A stretch of DNA of 34,558 bases from Candidatus Dadabacteria bacterium (GCA_020027805.1 JAHKKQ010000010.1:1-34558); one strand, 5' to 3'. Positions 1 through 10,077 are shown, counted from the stretch's first letter. Numbers and translations: made by a program. Notes: generated by a model from the letters alone, not told the origin.

Positions 1-115
1 AAGATTTGAGCTTAAACACAAGATTTTTAGCAAATTATGTAATGTCTTTTCATAAACCACACTACGTGTGTGCTTCTTTTCATCAAGGAAAAGAAGGATA
101 AAAAAATAGTCTTTC
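1..115 (-). repeat. Partial copy of AT-rich MITE-like element (CTTTTCCTTGATGAAAAGAAGCA + CACAC..GTGTG + left arm of long hairpin)
   Basis: Reverse complement contains TTCTTTTCCTTGATGAAAAGAAGCA, GTTTATGAAAAGAC and GCTAAAAATCT..GCTCAAATCTT, matching 13070-13200 and 10275-10394. Confidence 0.75.
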
Positions 116-120
116 ACCTT

Positions 121-162
121 ATGAATAATAAATACTATTACGTTTATATACTGACCAATAGA
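121..162 (+). pseudogene. N-terminal remnant of a small GIY-YIG nuclease
   Basis: Translates MNNKYYYVYILTNR, the typical YYVYIL(T/A)N start of small GIY-YIG proteins; no YIG motif follows and similarity stops at a GTCAT hairpin (163-184). Confidence 0.6.
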
Positions 163-268
163 GTCATCTGCACGCCGGTGCATGTTAGTGCGCTCTTGCG
201 ACCCTTCCCTGTCTCCAGGACTACTGTTTTTTACTTTCCCCGCGTGACTGCATATATTAATTAACATC

Positions 269-811
269 TTGAGGACTTCTCTCTATATTCTGCTTTTTAT
301 GACCGTGATTCTCGCCGGCGAAGCGGCCTTCGCGGTGGGGAAGGAAACGCTCGTCGATATAACGGGCGTCGCCGTCGTTGTGGACGAGGTGCCGCCGACG
401 GCAAGGGAGGACGGGCTCAGTGAAGCCGGCATAAAGGCGCTCGTCGAGGACAGGCTCGCGAGGTCGAACATCGCGGTGCTCGAAGACCGCGAATGGTTCA
501 GCGTATTCGGGGGCTCCTACATGCTCGTAAAGGTGATAGCGTCGAAGGCCGTGAGCGGGGACAGGTACGCGGTCTACATAGACATGGAGCTCTATCAGAC
601 GGTCGTTCTGATGGGGAAAAGGCTCGGGCAGAATATCAACACGGCCGCGGCCACGTGGTCTATAGGAAAGCTCCTGTCCTGCAGCTCCGCCGATATAAAG
701 GACTGCGTCCTAGGCACGGTCTCCGAGCTCACGGGACTCTTTATCAAGGACTACGTAGAGGTGAACACGCTTAAGTGGAAGCAGGAACAGGAGAGGCTTC
801 AGAAGAAGTGA
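269..811 (+). CDS. Exported hypothetical protein (TTG start)
   Basis: 180-aa ORF, signal peptide ending AFA, host-like codon usage. Confidence 0.75.
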   Translation: MRTSLYILLFMTVILAGEAAFAVGKETLVDITGVAVVVDEVPPTAREDGLSEAGIKALVEDRLARSNIAVLEDREWFSVFGGSYMLVKVIASKAVSGDRYAVYIDMELYQTVVLMGKRLGQNINTAAATWSIGKLLSCSSADIKDCVLGTVSELTGLFIKDYVEVNTLKWKQEQERLQKK

Positions 812-847
812 GCACGCGGCGCCCGGAACGACGGGCTATGCGGCCGG

Positions 848-2107
848 TCATTTGTTTCGTGAAGCGAAGTCGAGCGCGCTTCCGATCTCCATCTCTTCCT
901 CCGTGCTCGCGGCCATATTTCTCACCTTCACGACTCCCCGGTTAAGCTCGTCTTCGCCGATAATAAACGTAAGTCCGGCCCCCGACTTGTCGGCGCGCTT
1001 CAGCTGGCTCTTCAAGCTCTTCTGCCCGTAATCGGTCTCGGCCGAGACTCCCCTGCCCCTGAGCTCCGAGGTGAGCGAGAACGCCTTCTTCCGCGCCTCT
1101 TCGCCCATGTGGGCTATAAACACCCTTATTTCCTTTCCGAACCCCCCGGGGAAGGCCATTTGGTGGAGTAGTATGAGCCTCTCCATCCCCACCGCGAACC
1201 CGACGGCGGGCGTGTGCGGTCCTCCCAGCTCCTCGACGAGCCCGTCGTAGCGCCCTCCGGCGGCCACGGCGTTCTGCGATCCGAGCTCTTCGGTAGTTAT
1301 CTCGAATACCGTTCTGGTGTAATAGTCGAGCCCCCTCACTATCCCTGGGTTCAGGACGTAGGGGACGCCCACCGAGTCGAGGCTCTCCCTCACATCGGCC
1401 AGGTGACGGCTGCAGTCCCCGCAGAGGCTGTCTATCATCCTGGGGGCGTGCGCCGCTATTTCGCTACACCCCTTTACCTTGCAGTCGAGTATCCGGAGCG
1501 GGTTCGTCCCGAGCCTCCTCCGGCAGTCCTCGCACAGGCGCTCCTTTTCAGGGGTGAAGAAGGCGATGAGCATCTCCTTGTACTGCGGGCGGCAGTTGCC
1601 GTCTCCGAGGGAGGAGAGCTCGAGCTTCAAGTATTTCGTTATCCCTATACCTTCCAAGAGCTTCCAGACCATGGCAATGAGCTCCGCGTCGGAAGGGGGC
1701 TCCTCCGGCCCCAGCAGCTCGGCCCCTATCTGGTAAAACCCCCTGAAGCGGCCTTTCTGGGGCCTTTCGTGCCTGAACATCATGCCCGTGTAGTAGAGCT
1801 TCGTGACCGGGGATTTGGCCCACATCGAGTTCTCGATGTACGCCCTCACCACCCCGGCCGTGCCTTCGGGGCGGAGCGTGAGCGACGAGCCGTCCCTGTC
1901 GGTGAAGGTGTACATCTCCTTCTCGACTATGTCGGTCGTCGTGCCGAGGCTCCGGGCGAATATCTCGGTGAATTCGAGGACCGGCATCCGGAGCTCGGAG
2001 AATCCGTGGAGCTCGAAGACGGACTTCGCTTTCTCCTCTATATGGTGCCACCTCTTGATTTCCTCGGGCAGGACGTCGTGGAACCCTCTTATAGATCTCG
2101 TTTCCAT
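848..2107 (-). CDS. hisS: Histidine--tRNA ligase
   Basis: RGFHD, LRPEGTAG, FRHERPQKGRFR, RGLDYY, GGRYDGL motifs; start moved to ATG 2107 (METRSIRG) with AGGGAG upstream. Confidence 0.97.
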   Translation of the reverse strand: METRSIRGFHDVLPEEIKRWHHIEEKAKSVFELHGFSELRMPVLEFTEIFARSLGTTTDIVEKEMYTFTDRDGSSLTLRPEGTAGVVRAYIENSMWAKSPVTKLYYTGMMFRHERPQKGRFRGFYQIGAELLGPEEPPSDAELIAMVWKLLEGIGITKYLKLELSSLGDGNCRPQYKEMLIAFFTPEKERLCEDCRRRLGTNPLRILDCKVKGCSEIAAHAPRMIDSLCGDCSRHLADVRESLDSVGVPYVLNPGIVRGLDYYTRTVFEITTEELGSQNAVAAGGRYDGLVEELGGPHTPAVGFAVGMERLILLHQMAFPGGFGKEIRVFIAHMGEEARKKAFSLTSELRGRGVSAETDYGQKSLKSQLKRADKSGAGLTFIIGEDELNRGVVKVRNMAASTEEEMEIGSALDFASRNK

Positions 2108-2319
2108 TCTGCTCCCTTTTGATTGACTGTATGTTCCCCGCGTCGTCCGGGACGGCCGGGCACTCGCGCCCCCGTCAGCCGCGGGTTTATTATATCCAAC
2201 GCCCGGGGCTATTTCTAATAAGCCCGTGAAACCGGGGAAGCGGCCGGCCGGATTCGTCAACGCGCTAATATCATCATATAATAATGGCTGAAGCCGACTG
2301 ACACGGTGCCGGGTCGAAC

Positions 2320-3462
2320 ATGCCGAACGCAACCCCCGAGAGGGTATTCTACATAGGAAGCCCCGAGATCTTCTCGAAGGGCGCGAGCGCCATACACATA
2401 ATGAAGATGTGCCAGGCGATGGGGAGGCTAGGCATAACCGCGACTCTCCTCATCCCGGCTTACCGTACGCCCGGGGAGATGTTCCAGTACTACGGAGTGG
2501 AATCTAATTTCAGGATCGTCTCGTTCCCTTACTCCGGCAACACGACCGTGAGGAACATAATGCACGGCGTCCGCGCCTCCGTCTACGCGGGGAAACGCAG
2601 GAAGCAGTTCGACCTGGCCGTCACCAGGAACATCGTGTTCGCCTCGATCGCGACTAACATACTCGGCGTGCCGACTGTCTACGACGCGCACCATCCGCTC
2701 GTGACCGGCGCGCGCGTGCTCTTCAACTCTTTCAAGCGCTCGGAGCGGCTCGTCCGGTTCTCGACCAATTCGCGCGGGCTGGGCGAGATATACCTTAGCG
2801 AAGGCCTCCCCCCCGAAAAGCTCGTCGTCGCCCACAACGGGGTGGACCTCGAGGGATACAGGTCGCTTCCCGACAAGTCGCGCGCCCGGGCCGACCTCGG
2901 CCTGCCTCCGGATAAGAAGATAGTCTGCTACTCGGGCAACATATACGAGGGCAGGGGTATAGAGCACCTGATAGAGATCGCCCCCGGCATGAGCGGCGTG
3001 CTCTTCCTCATAGTGGGCGGGCTCGAGTCGGACGTCCGGCGCTGCCGCGGTCTCGCCCATGAAAAGAGAGCGGAGAACATCAGGTTTACGAGCTACGTCC
3101 ACCACAATACCGTCCCCCTCTATCTCGCGGCTTCGGACGTCCTCGTCATGCCCTACACGTCGCGCATGACGATAAGGGGCGGGACCATGGCACGCGACTT
3201 CACTTCCCCGATAAAGCTCTTCGAGTACATGGCGTCCGGACGTCCTGTTGTAGCTACATCCATCCCGTCCGTCTCCGAGATACTCCGGGACGGGGTAAAC
3301 GCACTCCTCGTCCCTCCCGACAGCCCGGAGGCGATCGCCGCCGGCATAAAAAGGGCGCTCAATGACCCCGCGCTCGCGAAGGCCCTGTCCGAGAGGGCCT
3401 CCTCCGACGTCAGGGACTATACGTGGGAGGCGAGGGCGAAAAAATTACTTGGAATAGATTAG
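2320..3462 (+). CDS. GT4 (GT-B) glycosyltransferase
   Basis: HNGVD, SPIKLFEYMASGRPVVAT and YTWEARA motifs. Confidence 0.92.
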   Translation: MPNATPERVFYIGSPEIFSKGASAIHIMKMCQAMGRLGITATLLIPAYRTPGEMFQYYGVESNFRIVSFPYSGNTTVRNIMHGVRASVYAGKRRKQFDLAVTRNIVFASIATNILGVPTVYDAHHPLVTGARVLFNSFKRSERLVRFSTNSRGLGEIYLSEGLPPEKLVVAHNGVDLEGYRSLPDKSRARADLGLPPDKKIVCYSGNIYEGRGIEHLIEIAPGMSGVLFLIVGGLESDVRRCRGLAHEKRAENIRFTSYVHHNTVPLYLAASDVLVMPYTSRMTIRGGTMARDFTSPIKLFEYMASGRPVVATSIPSVSEILRDGVNALLVPPDSPEAIAAGIKRALNDPALAKALSERASSDVRDYTWEARAKKLLGID

Positions 3463-3557
3463 CTATTCAGGTTGTATAATTTTTAGGGTATTTTATCACT
3501 TCAATTTTAATCGATTCTCATCAGGATTGATTCTGGCAGCGTGACAAAGGAGAGAAG

Positions 3558-5069
3558 GTGAGGGTGGCGCACAGGTATCTCTTTATATTTTTGTCTCTGA
3601 TCGTCGGAGTCCAGGCGTCGGCCCGGGAGGACGTCCGCGTGGACGAGATGTTCGATTACGCATTCTCCGGGAACGCAGCCACGGGGCAGAAGCAGGACGA
3701 CGAGAAGGACGGGGAATTCGTCACGGGCGAGGAGGGGAAGGAGCGTCTCGGCGTGAACGCGTTCCTCCGCGACTCCGCCATAATGTACTCGGGCCTCTGG
3801 GCGGCCAGGTTTTTCTACGTAAGGAACAAGAACAGCAGGATATTCGATACGTCGTTATCCAAATGGTGGGACAACGTAACCACCGTGCCCGTCTGGGACG
3901 ACGGCGACTCGTTCTTTACCAACTGGGTGACGCACCCCACAATAGGCGCCGTGGAGTATCTGTTTTACAGGGCCATGGGGCACGGCTACCTCGTCTCGGC
4001 CCTGGGCGTGGTGCTGCAGAGCACGCTGTTCGAGTACACCGTCGAGGGCATGGTGGAGGCCCCCTCGCTCGTAGACCTCGTATCGACGCCACTGGTCGGC
4101 GTCCCGATGGGGTTTGCGCTCGAGAAATCCTCCGACTGGCTCGTCTCCACGAACTTCGTTCCGGCGAAGATACTCGGCCACATATTGAACCCCATGAGGA
4201 ACTTCATATACGAGAGGCAGGTCGGAATATATAACCCGTTCTCGAAGACGTTCTTTTCCGTGACCGGGCCGATAGTGTTCACTCCCAATAAGGACATTGC
4301 GATAGACCTCGCGTACCCGTTCTTCATCGAGCAGCCGCTGCCGATGGGCAGGTTCCGGGCGGACCTCGAGGTCGTCAACCTGAAGAAGGACCTGGGCGGG
4401 GAGTTCGTATTCTATTCGCTCCGGGCGGACGTGCCTTCGAAAAACGGGCTCTGGGGCATTTACGTGAAGATTTCGCAGTCGGGCGTGAACGGGGTCTTCG
4501 TTAACGGCGAGGAGGTGAGGGACGGGTTCGAGTTCGCGAACGTGCTCGCGGGAGGGAAGTTTCTCCTCTGGAAGTCCCACAACTCCGCGGTCTCGGGCGG
4601 CTTCGAGCTCCTGCTCCCTACCTCCTACAAGGACAACATCGACAGGCTTACGACGATCACCCTTTTCAGAAGAAACTACCCGGTAAATCTCCAGGGGGCG
4701 TGGACGCTCAGGCCTTATGTAACGGCTGCGGCGTGGGGCGGCATATTCAACGTACAGGCGATGGTGTCGGCGCCGACCGTGCTCAACGCGGGCGATCTCG
4801 AGGGGAATAGCGCCGAGTTCAACGTGGATTACTCGGCCGCGGCCGGGGTCAACTTCCCCGTGATCGCGTCCCCCGTACTCTTCGCCGAATTCAACGGGTA
4901 TTCGTTCCTCACCGCGGATACGTTCAAGAAGACGGACATGTTCGTGACCTCGGGAGTGAGGTTCGGGAGGAAATTCAGCCCCGGCTTCGCCGTGCAGTTC
5001 CCCGTTTACGGCGTGGACAAGGACGTCGACAGATACAGCTACATGTTCGACTTCCAGATAAGGTTCTGA
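3558..5069 (+). CDS. DUF3943-like domain plus C-terminal beta-barrel-like region, exported (paralog 1)
   Basis: Signal peptide; D..N...HP..G..Y...R..G ... FEY..E...PS..DL..TP..G motif; amphipathic strands ending FDFQIRF; AGGAG RBS before GTG. Confidence 0.8.
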   Translation: MRVAHRYLFIFLSLIVGVQASAREDVRVDEMFDYAFSGNAATGQKQDDEKDGEFVTGEEGKERLGVNAFLRDSAIMYSGLWAARFFYVRNKNSRIFDTSLSKWWDNVTTVPVWDDGDSFFTNWVTHPTIGAVEYLFYRAMGHGYLVSALGVVLQSTLFEYTVEGMVEAPSLVDLVSTPLVGVPMGFALEKSSDWLVSTNFVPAKILGHILNPMRNFIYERQVGIYNPFSKTFFSVTGPIVFTPNKDIAIDLAYPFFIEQPLPMGRFRADLEVVNLKKDLGGEFVFYSLRADVPSKNGLWGIYVKISQSGVNGVFVNGEEVRDGFEFANVLAGGKFLLWKSHNSAVSGGFELLLPTSYKDNIDRLTTITLFRRNYPVNLQGAWTLRPYVTAAAWGGIFNVQAMVSAPTVLNAGDLEGNSAEFNVDYSAAAGVNFPVIASPVLFAEFNGYSFLTADTFKKTDMFVTSGVRFGRKFSPGFAVQFPVYGVDKDVDRYSYMFDFQIRF

Positions 5070-5098
5070 TTTTTCCCTCCTGCGATTTTATTACCCCT

Positions 5099-5185
5099 GT
5101 TATTTCGAGCGTATGCGAGAAATCTATTTTTTTTCTTTAATTCCCTCTCCCTTGTGTGGGAAACGATTCCTTCCAGCTCCTCCGC
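5099..5185. repeat. Intergenic repeat cluster: GTTATTTCGAGC..GAGAAATCT, CCCTCTCCC-type half site and reverse copy of the GGAAGGAATCGT tail
   Basis: Similar to 17142-17168, 25522-25560 and 13332-13354. Confidence 0.6.
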
Positions 5186-5373
5186 ACCTGCAATACTCCC
5201 GTGAGTCCGCGGCGGGTCGCCGCCCGGACAAATTTAACGCTCCGCAATAATTCTTCTTTTATTTTCGGTCAATTATTGTTAAAATGTGTCAGGCACCCGA
5301 ACGGGCTCGATAATCGTACTGGCCGGAAAGAGCTGTTCGGGGTTTCCGCTACTTACCTTCTGGGAGGATCGGG

Positions 5374-6882
5374 TTGAGGGCGACAATTGTATGTACCGCT
5401 TTGCTCATGCTTTTTCAGCTCGTCCCCGCCTCGGCCGAGGATAATTCCTACATGTTCGCGGCCGGGGAATCCGCCGCGCCCCACGAACCGGACGACGTAG
5501 TATTGCCCGTAGAGCCGCCGCCGGACGGGAAGCCCGCTCCGAACCCCAGCCTCAGGCCCCCCGGTTTCAAGACCTATATGGAAGACACGGCGATCTGGTA
5601 CGGCGCGCAGTGGGCGGCAAGGCTCTGGTGGGTGAGGGACAAGAACCTGAAGATATTCGACGGCTCGTTCCACACCTTCTGGGACAACCTCACGAGCGAG
5701 CCCATATGGAACGACGGGGACGATTTCGTAGTCAACTGGGTGCTCCACCCGTTCTTCGGCATGCTCCACTACCAGTTCTACAGGGCGAGGGGGCACAGCG
5801 TGTGGGCGTCCGCCCTGGGCTCTGTCATACAGAGCACGCTCTTCGAATACGGGATCGAAGGCTGGGCCGTCAGGCCCTCGGGCATAGACCTCATAGTCAC
5901 GCCCGCACTCGGCGTCCCTCTCGGGTGGACGATGGAGCAGCTCTCCGACTGGCTCATCGAGCAGGACTCGAAGGCCGCGCACGTGGCCGCCTACGTCGCC
6001 AACCCCACGAGGATCTTCGTCAGGGACACGCACTTCGGTCTGATTAACCCGGTGACGGGCTCGTTCCAGTACCAGGGACAGTTCACGATATCGACGACCA
6101 AGGGCAAGTCGCTCGAGCTCGCGTACCCGCACTTCTTCGAGGGCCCCCTGCCTCTCGGCCGTATAGGGATCGACTTCGAGATCATCAAGCTCAAGGAGAG
6201 GCTCGGCGGGGAGTTCATACTATATCCGATGAGGTTCGAGTTCCCGTCCGAGAGCAATTACTGGGGCGTGTACATGGACATACCTTACGGCGGAACGAAC
6301 AACGTGAAGGACGGGGATACGGAGATAAGGGACGGGTTCGAGTTCGGCAACCTCATGGTCGGCGTGAAAACGCTCGCGGCGAAATCGAAAAACTTCGCGA
6401 TATCCGCGGGACTCGAAGCATATTTCCCGACCTCATTCACCGACGACCAGAACAGGCTCCAGCAGATAATAAAATACAGGAGGGACTTCCAGATGTACCT
6501 CTACAAGGCCGCGACCGTTTCGCCGTACCTCACGGCGGGGGCGTGGGAGGGGCCCTTCAGCATACAGGGCGCCCTGGGTACGGACTTCATATTCAACGCG
6601 GATCACTTCGAAGGGCAGGACTTCGAGTTCAGGATCAATTACCACGCGGCCGCGGGGCTAGACGTCCCCATGGTCGGCTCGCCCATAGTTTACTGCGAGT
6701 TCGACGGCTACTCGATTACGACATATGACGGCGCGGGAGGGGGCACGGACCTCTTCCTCACCCCGGGCATTAGGTTCGGTAAAAAGTACAGCCCCGGCTT
6801 CTCGGCCCAGCTCCCCGTTTACGGGCCTACGAAGGACATCGCCGACGCCGATTTCGTGTTCGACTTCCAGCTCCGGTTCTGA
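5374..6882 (+). CDS. DUF3943-like domain plus C-terminal beta-barrel-like region, exported (paralog 2, TTG start)
   Basis: Collinear with 3558-5069 (W.DGD.F..NWV.HP, DGFEF.N, RFG.K.SPGF); ends FDFQLRF; GGAGG RBS. Confidence 0.8.
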   Translation: MRATIVCTALLMLFQLVPASAEDNSYMFAAGESAAPHEPDDVVLPVEPPPDGKPAPNPSLRPPGFKTYMEDTAIWYGAQWAARLWWVRDKNLKIFDGSFHTFWDNLTSEPIWNDGDDFVVNWVLHPFFGMLHYQFYRARGHSVWASALGSVIQSTLFEYGIEGWAVRPSGIDLIVTPALGVPLGWTMEQLSDWLIEQDSKAAHVAAYVANPTRIFVRDTHFGLINPVTGSFQYQGQFTISTTKGKSLELAYPHFFEGPLPLGRIGIDFEIIKLKERLGGEFILYPMRFEFPSESNYWGVYMDIPYGGTNNVKDGDTEIRDGFEFGNLMVGVKTLAAKSKNFAISAGLEAYFPTSFTDDQNRLQQIIKYRRDFQMYLYKAATVSPYLTAGAWEGPFSIQGALGTDFIFNADHFEGQDFEFRINYHAAAGLDVPMVGSPIVYCEFDGYSITTYDGAGGGTDLFLTPGIRFGKKYSPGFSAQLPVYGPTKDIADADFVFDFQLRF

Positions 6883-6929
6883 GGGTCTCATTTTTTCACT
6901 TTAGTCCCGGGTGAATCGCGGCTGCCTGC

Positions 6930-7706
6930 TCACAACCTGAAAAATAACGCATCCGCTTGCAGCGTACGCCCGTCCCTGGGATCGGTGAAGCCCCTGTGTA
7001 TTGACCAGAGTGTAAAGCCTTCGTCCTCGAGGCGCCGGATAATTTCGAGCCAGAGGCGCTGGCCGTCGTAGAGCGGCACCAGCGACAACTCGCAGAGCAC
7101 GCCGCTCATACGCGGGAGTATCGAGCCTGCCCCGTCGAGCACCTGCCATTCGTAACCCTGGGCATCGATTTTCAGGAAAGGTTTATGAGCTTTTTCCAAA
7201 TAGGGCGGCGCGGCCGTGTCCAGCCTGAACATGGGCGCCTTTTCGGCGCCGATATAAGCCGAGCCCGCCGATGCCGATACATGCGACTCCATCATCGGCA
7301 GTATGGAAGATGATACGGAGTTGCCGGCGATGTTAATCTCGACCTCGCCGTCGTACGCGCCGATCGCGCAGCGGGGATGCACTGTCCAGAGGGGGTCACG
7401 CCGAGCAGCTTTCTCCAGCCTCGCATGCGCGCTTGAAAGCGGCTCGAAACTGACCAGACGGCCTTTGTAGCCGAGCCAGAGAAGTTCCCGCGCGAACTGT
7501 CCCTCGTTCGCTCCGACATCCAGGATCAGATCGACCTCGAACCGGTCGATCCCTTTCAGCAGCAGGTTGCCAGCGTTCGATTCATGACCCAGCCTCTGGA
7601 TGTCGTAGCCGGCTAAATTGACCGCCCGCCGAATGACTTTTTGTATGTAACTCACGAAAGGCTCCACATCTTCGGTTTCGATCGGGCGGCTAACCTGCTG
7701 ATACAT
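6930..7706 (-). CDS. FkbM family SAM-dependent methyltransferase
   Basis: LDVGANEGQF, SFEP, LKIDAQGYE motifs; true start may be GTG at 7655 (GGAG upstream). Confidence 0.92.
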   Translation of the reverse strand: MYQQVSRPIETEDVEPFVSYIQKVIRRAVNLAGYDIQRLGHESNAGNLLLKGIDRFEVDLILDVGANEGQFARELLWLGYKGRLVSFEPLSSAHARLEKAARRDPLWTVHPRCAIGAYDGEVEINIAGNSVSSSILPMMESHVSASAGSAYIGAEKAPMFRLDTAAPPYLEKAHKPFLKIDAQGYEWQVLDGAGSILPRMSGVLCELSLVPLYDGQRLWLEIIRRLEDEGFTLWSIHRGFTDPRDGRTLQADALFFRL

Positions 7707-7716
7707 TCCCCAAATT

Positions 7717-8130
7717 TCACATCACCTCGAGCGTGCCCTTCATCCCCTTCTTCAGATGGGAGCCGAGCAGGCCCTTCTTGCCGCAGTAGAACGGGAACTT
7801 GCCTGTCTTGAGCGGGGTGAACGTCACCGTAACGTCCTCGCCCGAGGGTATATCGACGTCCACGTTGAGTCCCGACGCCGGGTCGTCGATGGTGAAATTA
7901 TGGGGGACGAGGGACGTAACGCTCCTCAGTGTCAATTCGACGGGTTTCCCCCCCGCAACTTTTATGGTGTCGGGATCGAATGAATAGCTGTCGACGACGA
8001 TCTCTACTTTCTGGACGTCCGCCTGAGGGGAGGGCGGGCTTTCCTGGGTTTGCCCGGCGTCTGCCCCTGACGAGGCGTAAGCCGAAAAGAGGATTAATAA
8101 TGCGGGAAGGATTGAAGCTGTGAATTTCAT
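7717..8130 (-). CDS. Periplasmic cupredoxin (type 1 copper site)
   Basis: Signal peptide; PHNF...FYC...SH...GMKG supplies His/Cys/His/Met ligands. Confidence 0.88.
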   Translation of the reverse strand: MKFTASILPALLILFSAYASSGADAGQTQESPPSPQADVQKVEIVVDSYSFDPDTIKVAGGKPVELTLRSVTSLVPHNFTIDDPASGLNVDVDIPSGEDVTVTFTPLKTGKFPFYCGKKGLLGSHLKKGMKGTLEVM

Positions 8131-8194
8131 CTGTAACCTCCTTTGCCCCGCGGCTCCCTGGTAAGGGGGGGTGCGGCCCTTGACGGAGCCGGGC

Positions 8195-8476
8195 TCACTC
8201 CGACTGGATGGAGACGTAGTTCTGCACGTCCTGGTCGTAGGCGGTTTTTTCGCCCTGGCATTTCGTCTGGTCGCCTGCGCTTGCGTTCATGCACTGGTCG
8301 AGTGCGCTCCTCGATTTCTCGACCGCCTGCCGCGCCTCGTTGAGCGACTGCTTCTTCTTGGATTCAGTCATCGGGTTGTCTATGGCGACGTCCTTCCCTG
8401 TCTTCAGTGTGCTGCAGCAGACCGCAGGGAGGATCGAGATGACGGTCAGCGATATGAGGAGAATGCGGCGGATCAC
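8195..8476 (-). CDS. Small putative lipoprotein, hypothetical
   Basis: GTG start at 8476 gives MIRRILLISLTVISILPAVCC (lipobox-like) followed by a helical region with a Cys pair. Confidence 0.6.
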   Translation of the reverse strand: MIRRILLISLTVISILPAVCCSTLKTGKDVAIDNPMTESKKKQSLNEARQAVEKSRSALDQCMNASAGDQTKCQGEKTAYDQDVQNYVSIQSE

Positions 8477-8705
8477 TTTATTACCCCCGGGGATATTTGT
8501 TCGACACGAGCTGCGGTCGATTGCAACATTATAATCGATATTTGAGTGAACCGCTAATAAGGGGAACGGCGGATTATAGAACCAGCGGGGACACTCCGGG
8601 CGGAGAAATAAAATATTCCGGACAGGTGAATCTCTCACCCGCCCGGAATTCCATCATCGCCCTTTTAGGAGTTCGGATGCCGGATATGACTAACGTGTAA
8701 CCTTA

Positions 8706-9143
8706 TTAGGCGCTAAAGCGGTTGAAGTATTCACCGAAAAGCGAGAAAGCCTTTTCGATGTTTTCCTGCGCCATGGTGCGGGCGTCCTTCGCGAACTTCT
8801 CGGTCATGGTCTTCGCCGTCTGTATCTGCTCTTTGCGGAATGTGAGATAGCGGTCGAGATGCTCGGATACCTTCTTAGCGCTCCCGTCGTAAGGAAGGTC
8901 CTTTACGAACGGCAGGTCTTTCGGGAAATCCTTGTAGAACCCGCTGACGTTGGTCATGAATTCCTTTTCGAGGCCGAACATGTGTTCGGCCTGAGCGCCG
9001 AGCGCCTTAAGGTTCTGCTCGAAGAGCGAAAACGTAAACTCGAGGCCGTTCAAATAGTTCTCTTTTACGAGACCTGAAAACTCCTTTACCGGCTCTGTAA
9101 ATTCCTTTACTTTTGAAGCTGACTTCTTTGTAGTTTCGGACAT
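8706..9143 (-). CDS. Phasin-like amphipathic helical protein
   Basis: 145 aa, all-helical amphipathic pattern, AGGAGG RBS; family call is inferred. Confidence 0.55.
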   Translation of the reverse strand: MSETTKKSASKVKEFTEPVKEFSGLVKENYLNGLEFTFSLFEQNLKALGAQAEHMFGLEKEFMTNVSGFYKDFPKDLPFVKDLPYDGSAKKVSEHLDRYLTFRKEQIQTAKTMTEKFAKDARTMAQENIEKAFSLFGEYFNRFSA

Positions 9144-9485
9144 GGCGAAACCTCCTGATATGATTTTCTAAGAACAATATAAACAGGAAACGGGCGTTGT
9201 CAAGGGTTTTTATTCGCAATTGCACAATTTGATATTCGTTGTAGAACAGGGTGTTACATATATTAACGCAGTGTTAAGAGACGCATATGCTAATAAAATG
9301 GCAAGTCTCGCCGTAGCCACGGTCTGATTATTGTTAGCGGTTAAGACCGTCCCTCCACCCGGAAGCTCCGGGGGCATGCCCGACACCGGACGAGCGCAAA
9401 GAGACCGGCTCCGGGAGGTGCGGCTAACTTTTAGGTTAGAATGTTGTTTTAAGTGATAATGCCGCCCGGTCGCGGATAGTTCGGA

Positions 9486-10064
9486 ATGAAATACCTAACG
9501 TTAAAATCGGTTCCCGATCTCCTCTGTTACGCGAGGCTCCTCCTGGTCCCGGTGGTGCTGGCGCTCGCCTTGTCGGCCCTGCCCTTCTATGCGGGGATCG
9601 CGCTCCTCGCGGCGGGTATCACGGACGTGCTCGACGGCATTATCGCGCGCAGGTGGAGCATCGCCACCGCTTACGGGAGCAGGCTCGATTCCATAGCGGA
9701 CACGCTCATGGAAGTATCAGCCGCTCTGGCTGTCCTGATTTTGAAGCCCGGGATATTTACGGGCCACGCACTCGTACTCGGCGCGTGGATCGTGATCGAG
9801 GCGTCCTCCATCCTCCTCGGGTGGCTGAAGTTCAGGCGGCTTGCGAACCTCCACCTCTATCTGACGAAGGCTGCGGGCGTAGTAGCGTACGCGTTCGTGA
9901 TATACACGCTCGCCATAGGTTACAACGAAACTTTCTTTTACGTTACGGTTACGCTCCTCATCGTTTCGTCCCTCGAATGCCTCATCCTCCAGCTATTCGC
10001 CCCGCGCGTGGACGAGCACATGAAGTCCATATACCACGCGTACCGGGGCGGGAGGCTCTTTTGA
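9486..10064 (+). CDS. CDP-alcohol phosphatidyltransferase family protein
   Basis: D..DG..AR...G..LD..AD signature (TDVLDGIIARRW...GSRLDSIAD). Confidence 0.92.
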   Translation: MKYLTLKSVPDLLCYARLLLVPVVLALALSALPFYAGIALLAAGITDVLDGIIARRWSIATAYGSRLDSIADTLMEVSAALAVLILKPGIFTGHALVLGAWIVIEASSILLGWLKFRRLANLHLYLTKAAGVVAYAFVIYTLAIGYNETFFYVTVTLLIVSSLECLILQLFAPRVDEHMKSIYHAYRGGRLF

Positions 10065-10077
10065 TGCATTATATTCT

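Noticed and set aside
1214-2122. Long antisense or alternate-frame ORFs (also 10565-11542, 13328-14323, 13878-14873, 18499-19506, 21845-22669, 22688-23551, 28897-29721)
   Set aside because: Shadow ORFs of well-supported genes, expected from GC-rich third positions; no motifs.
2108-2332. 75-aa N-terminal extension of HisS, and similar extensions of lhgO, the pspA-like gene and ORF 19589
   Set aside because: Family similarity and RBS position support downstream starts; the extensions run through promoters or repeats.
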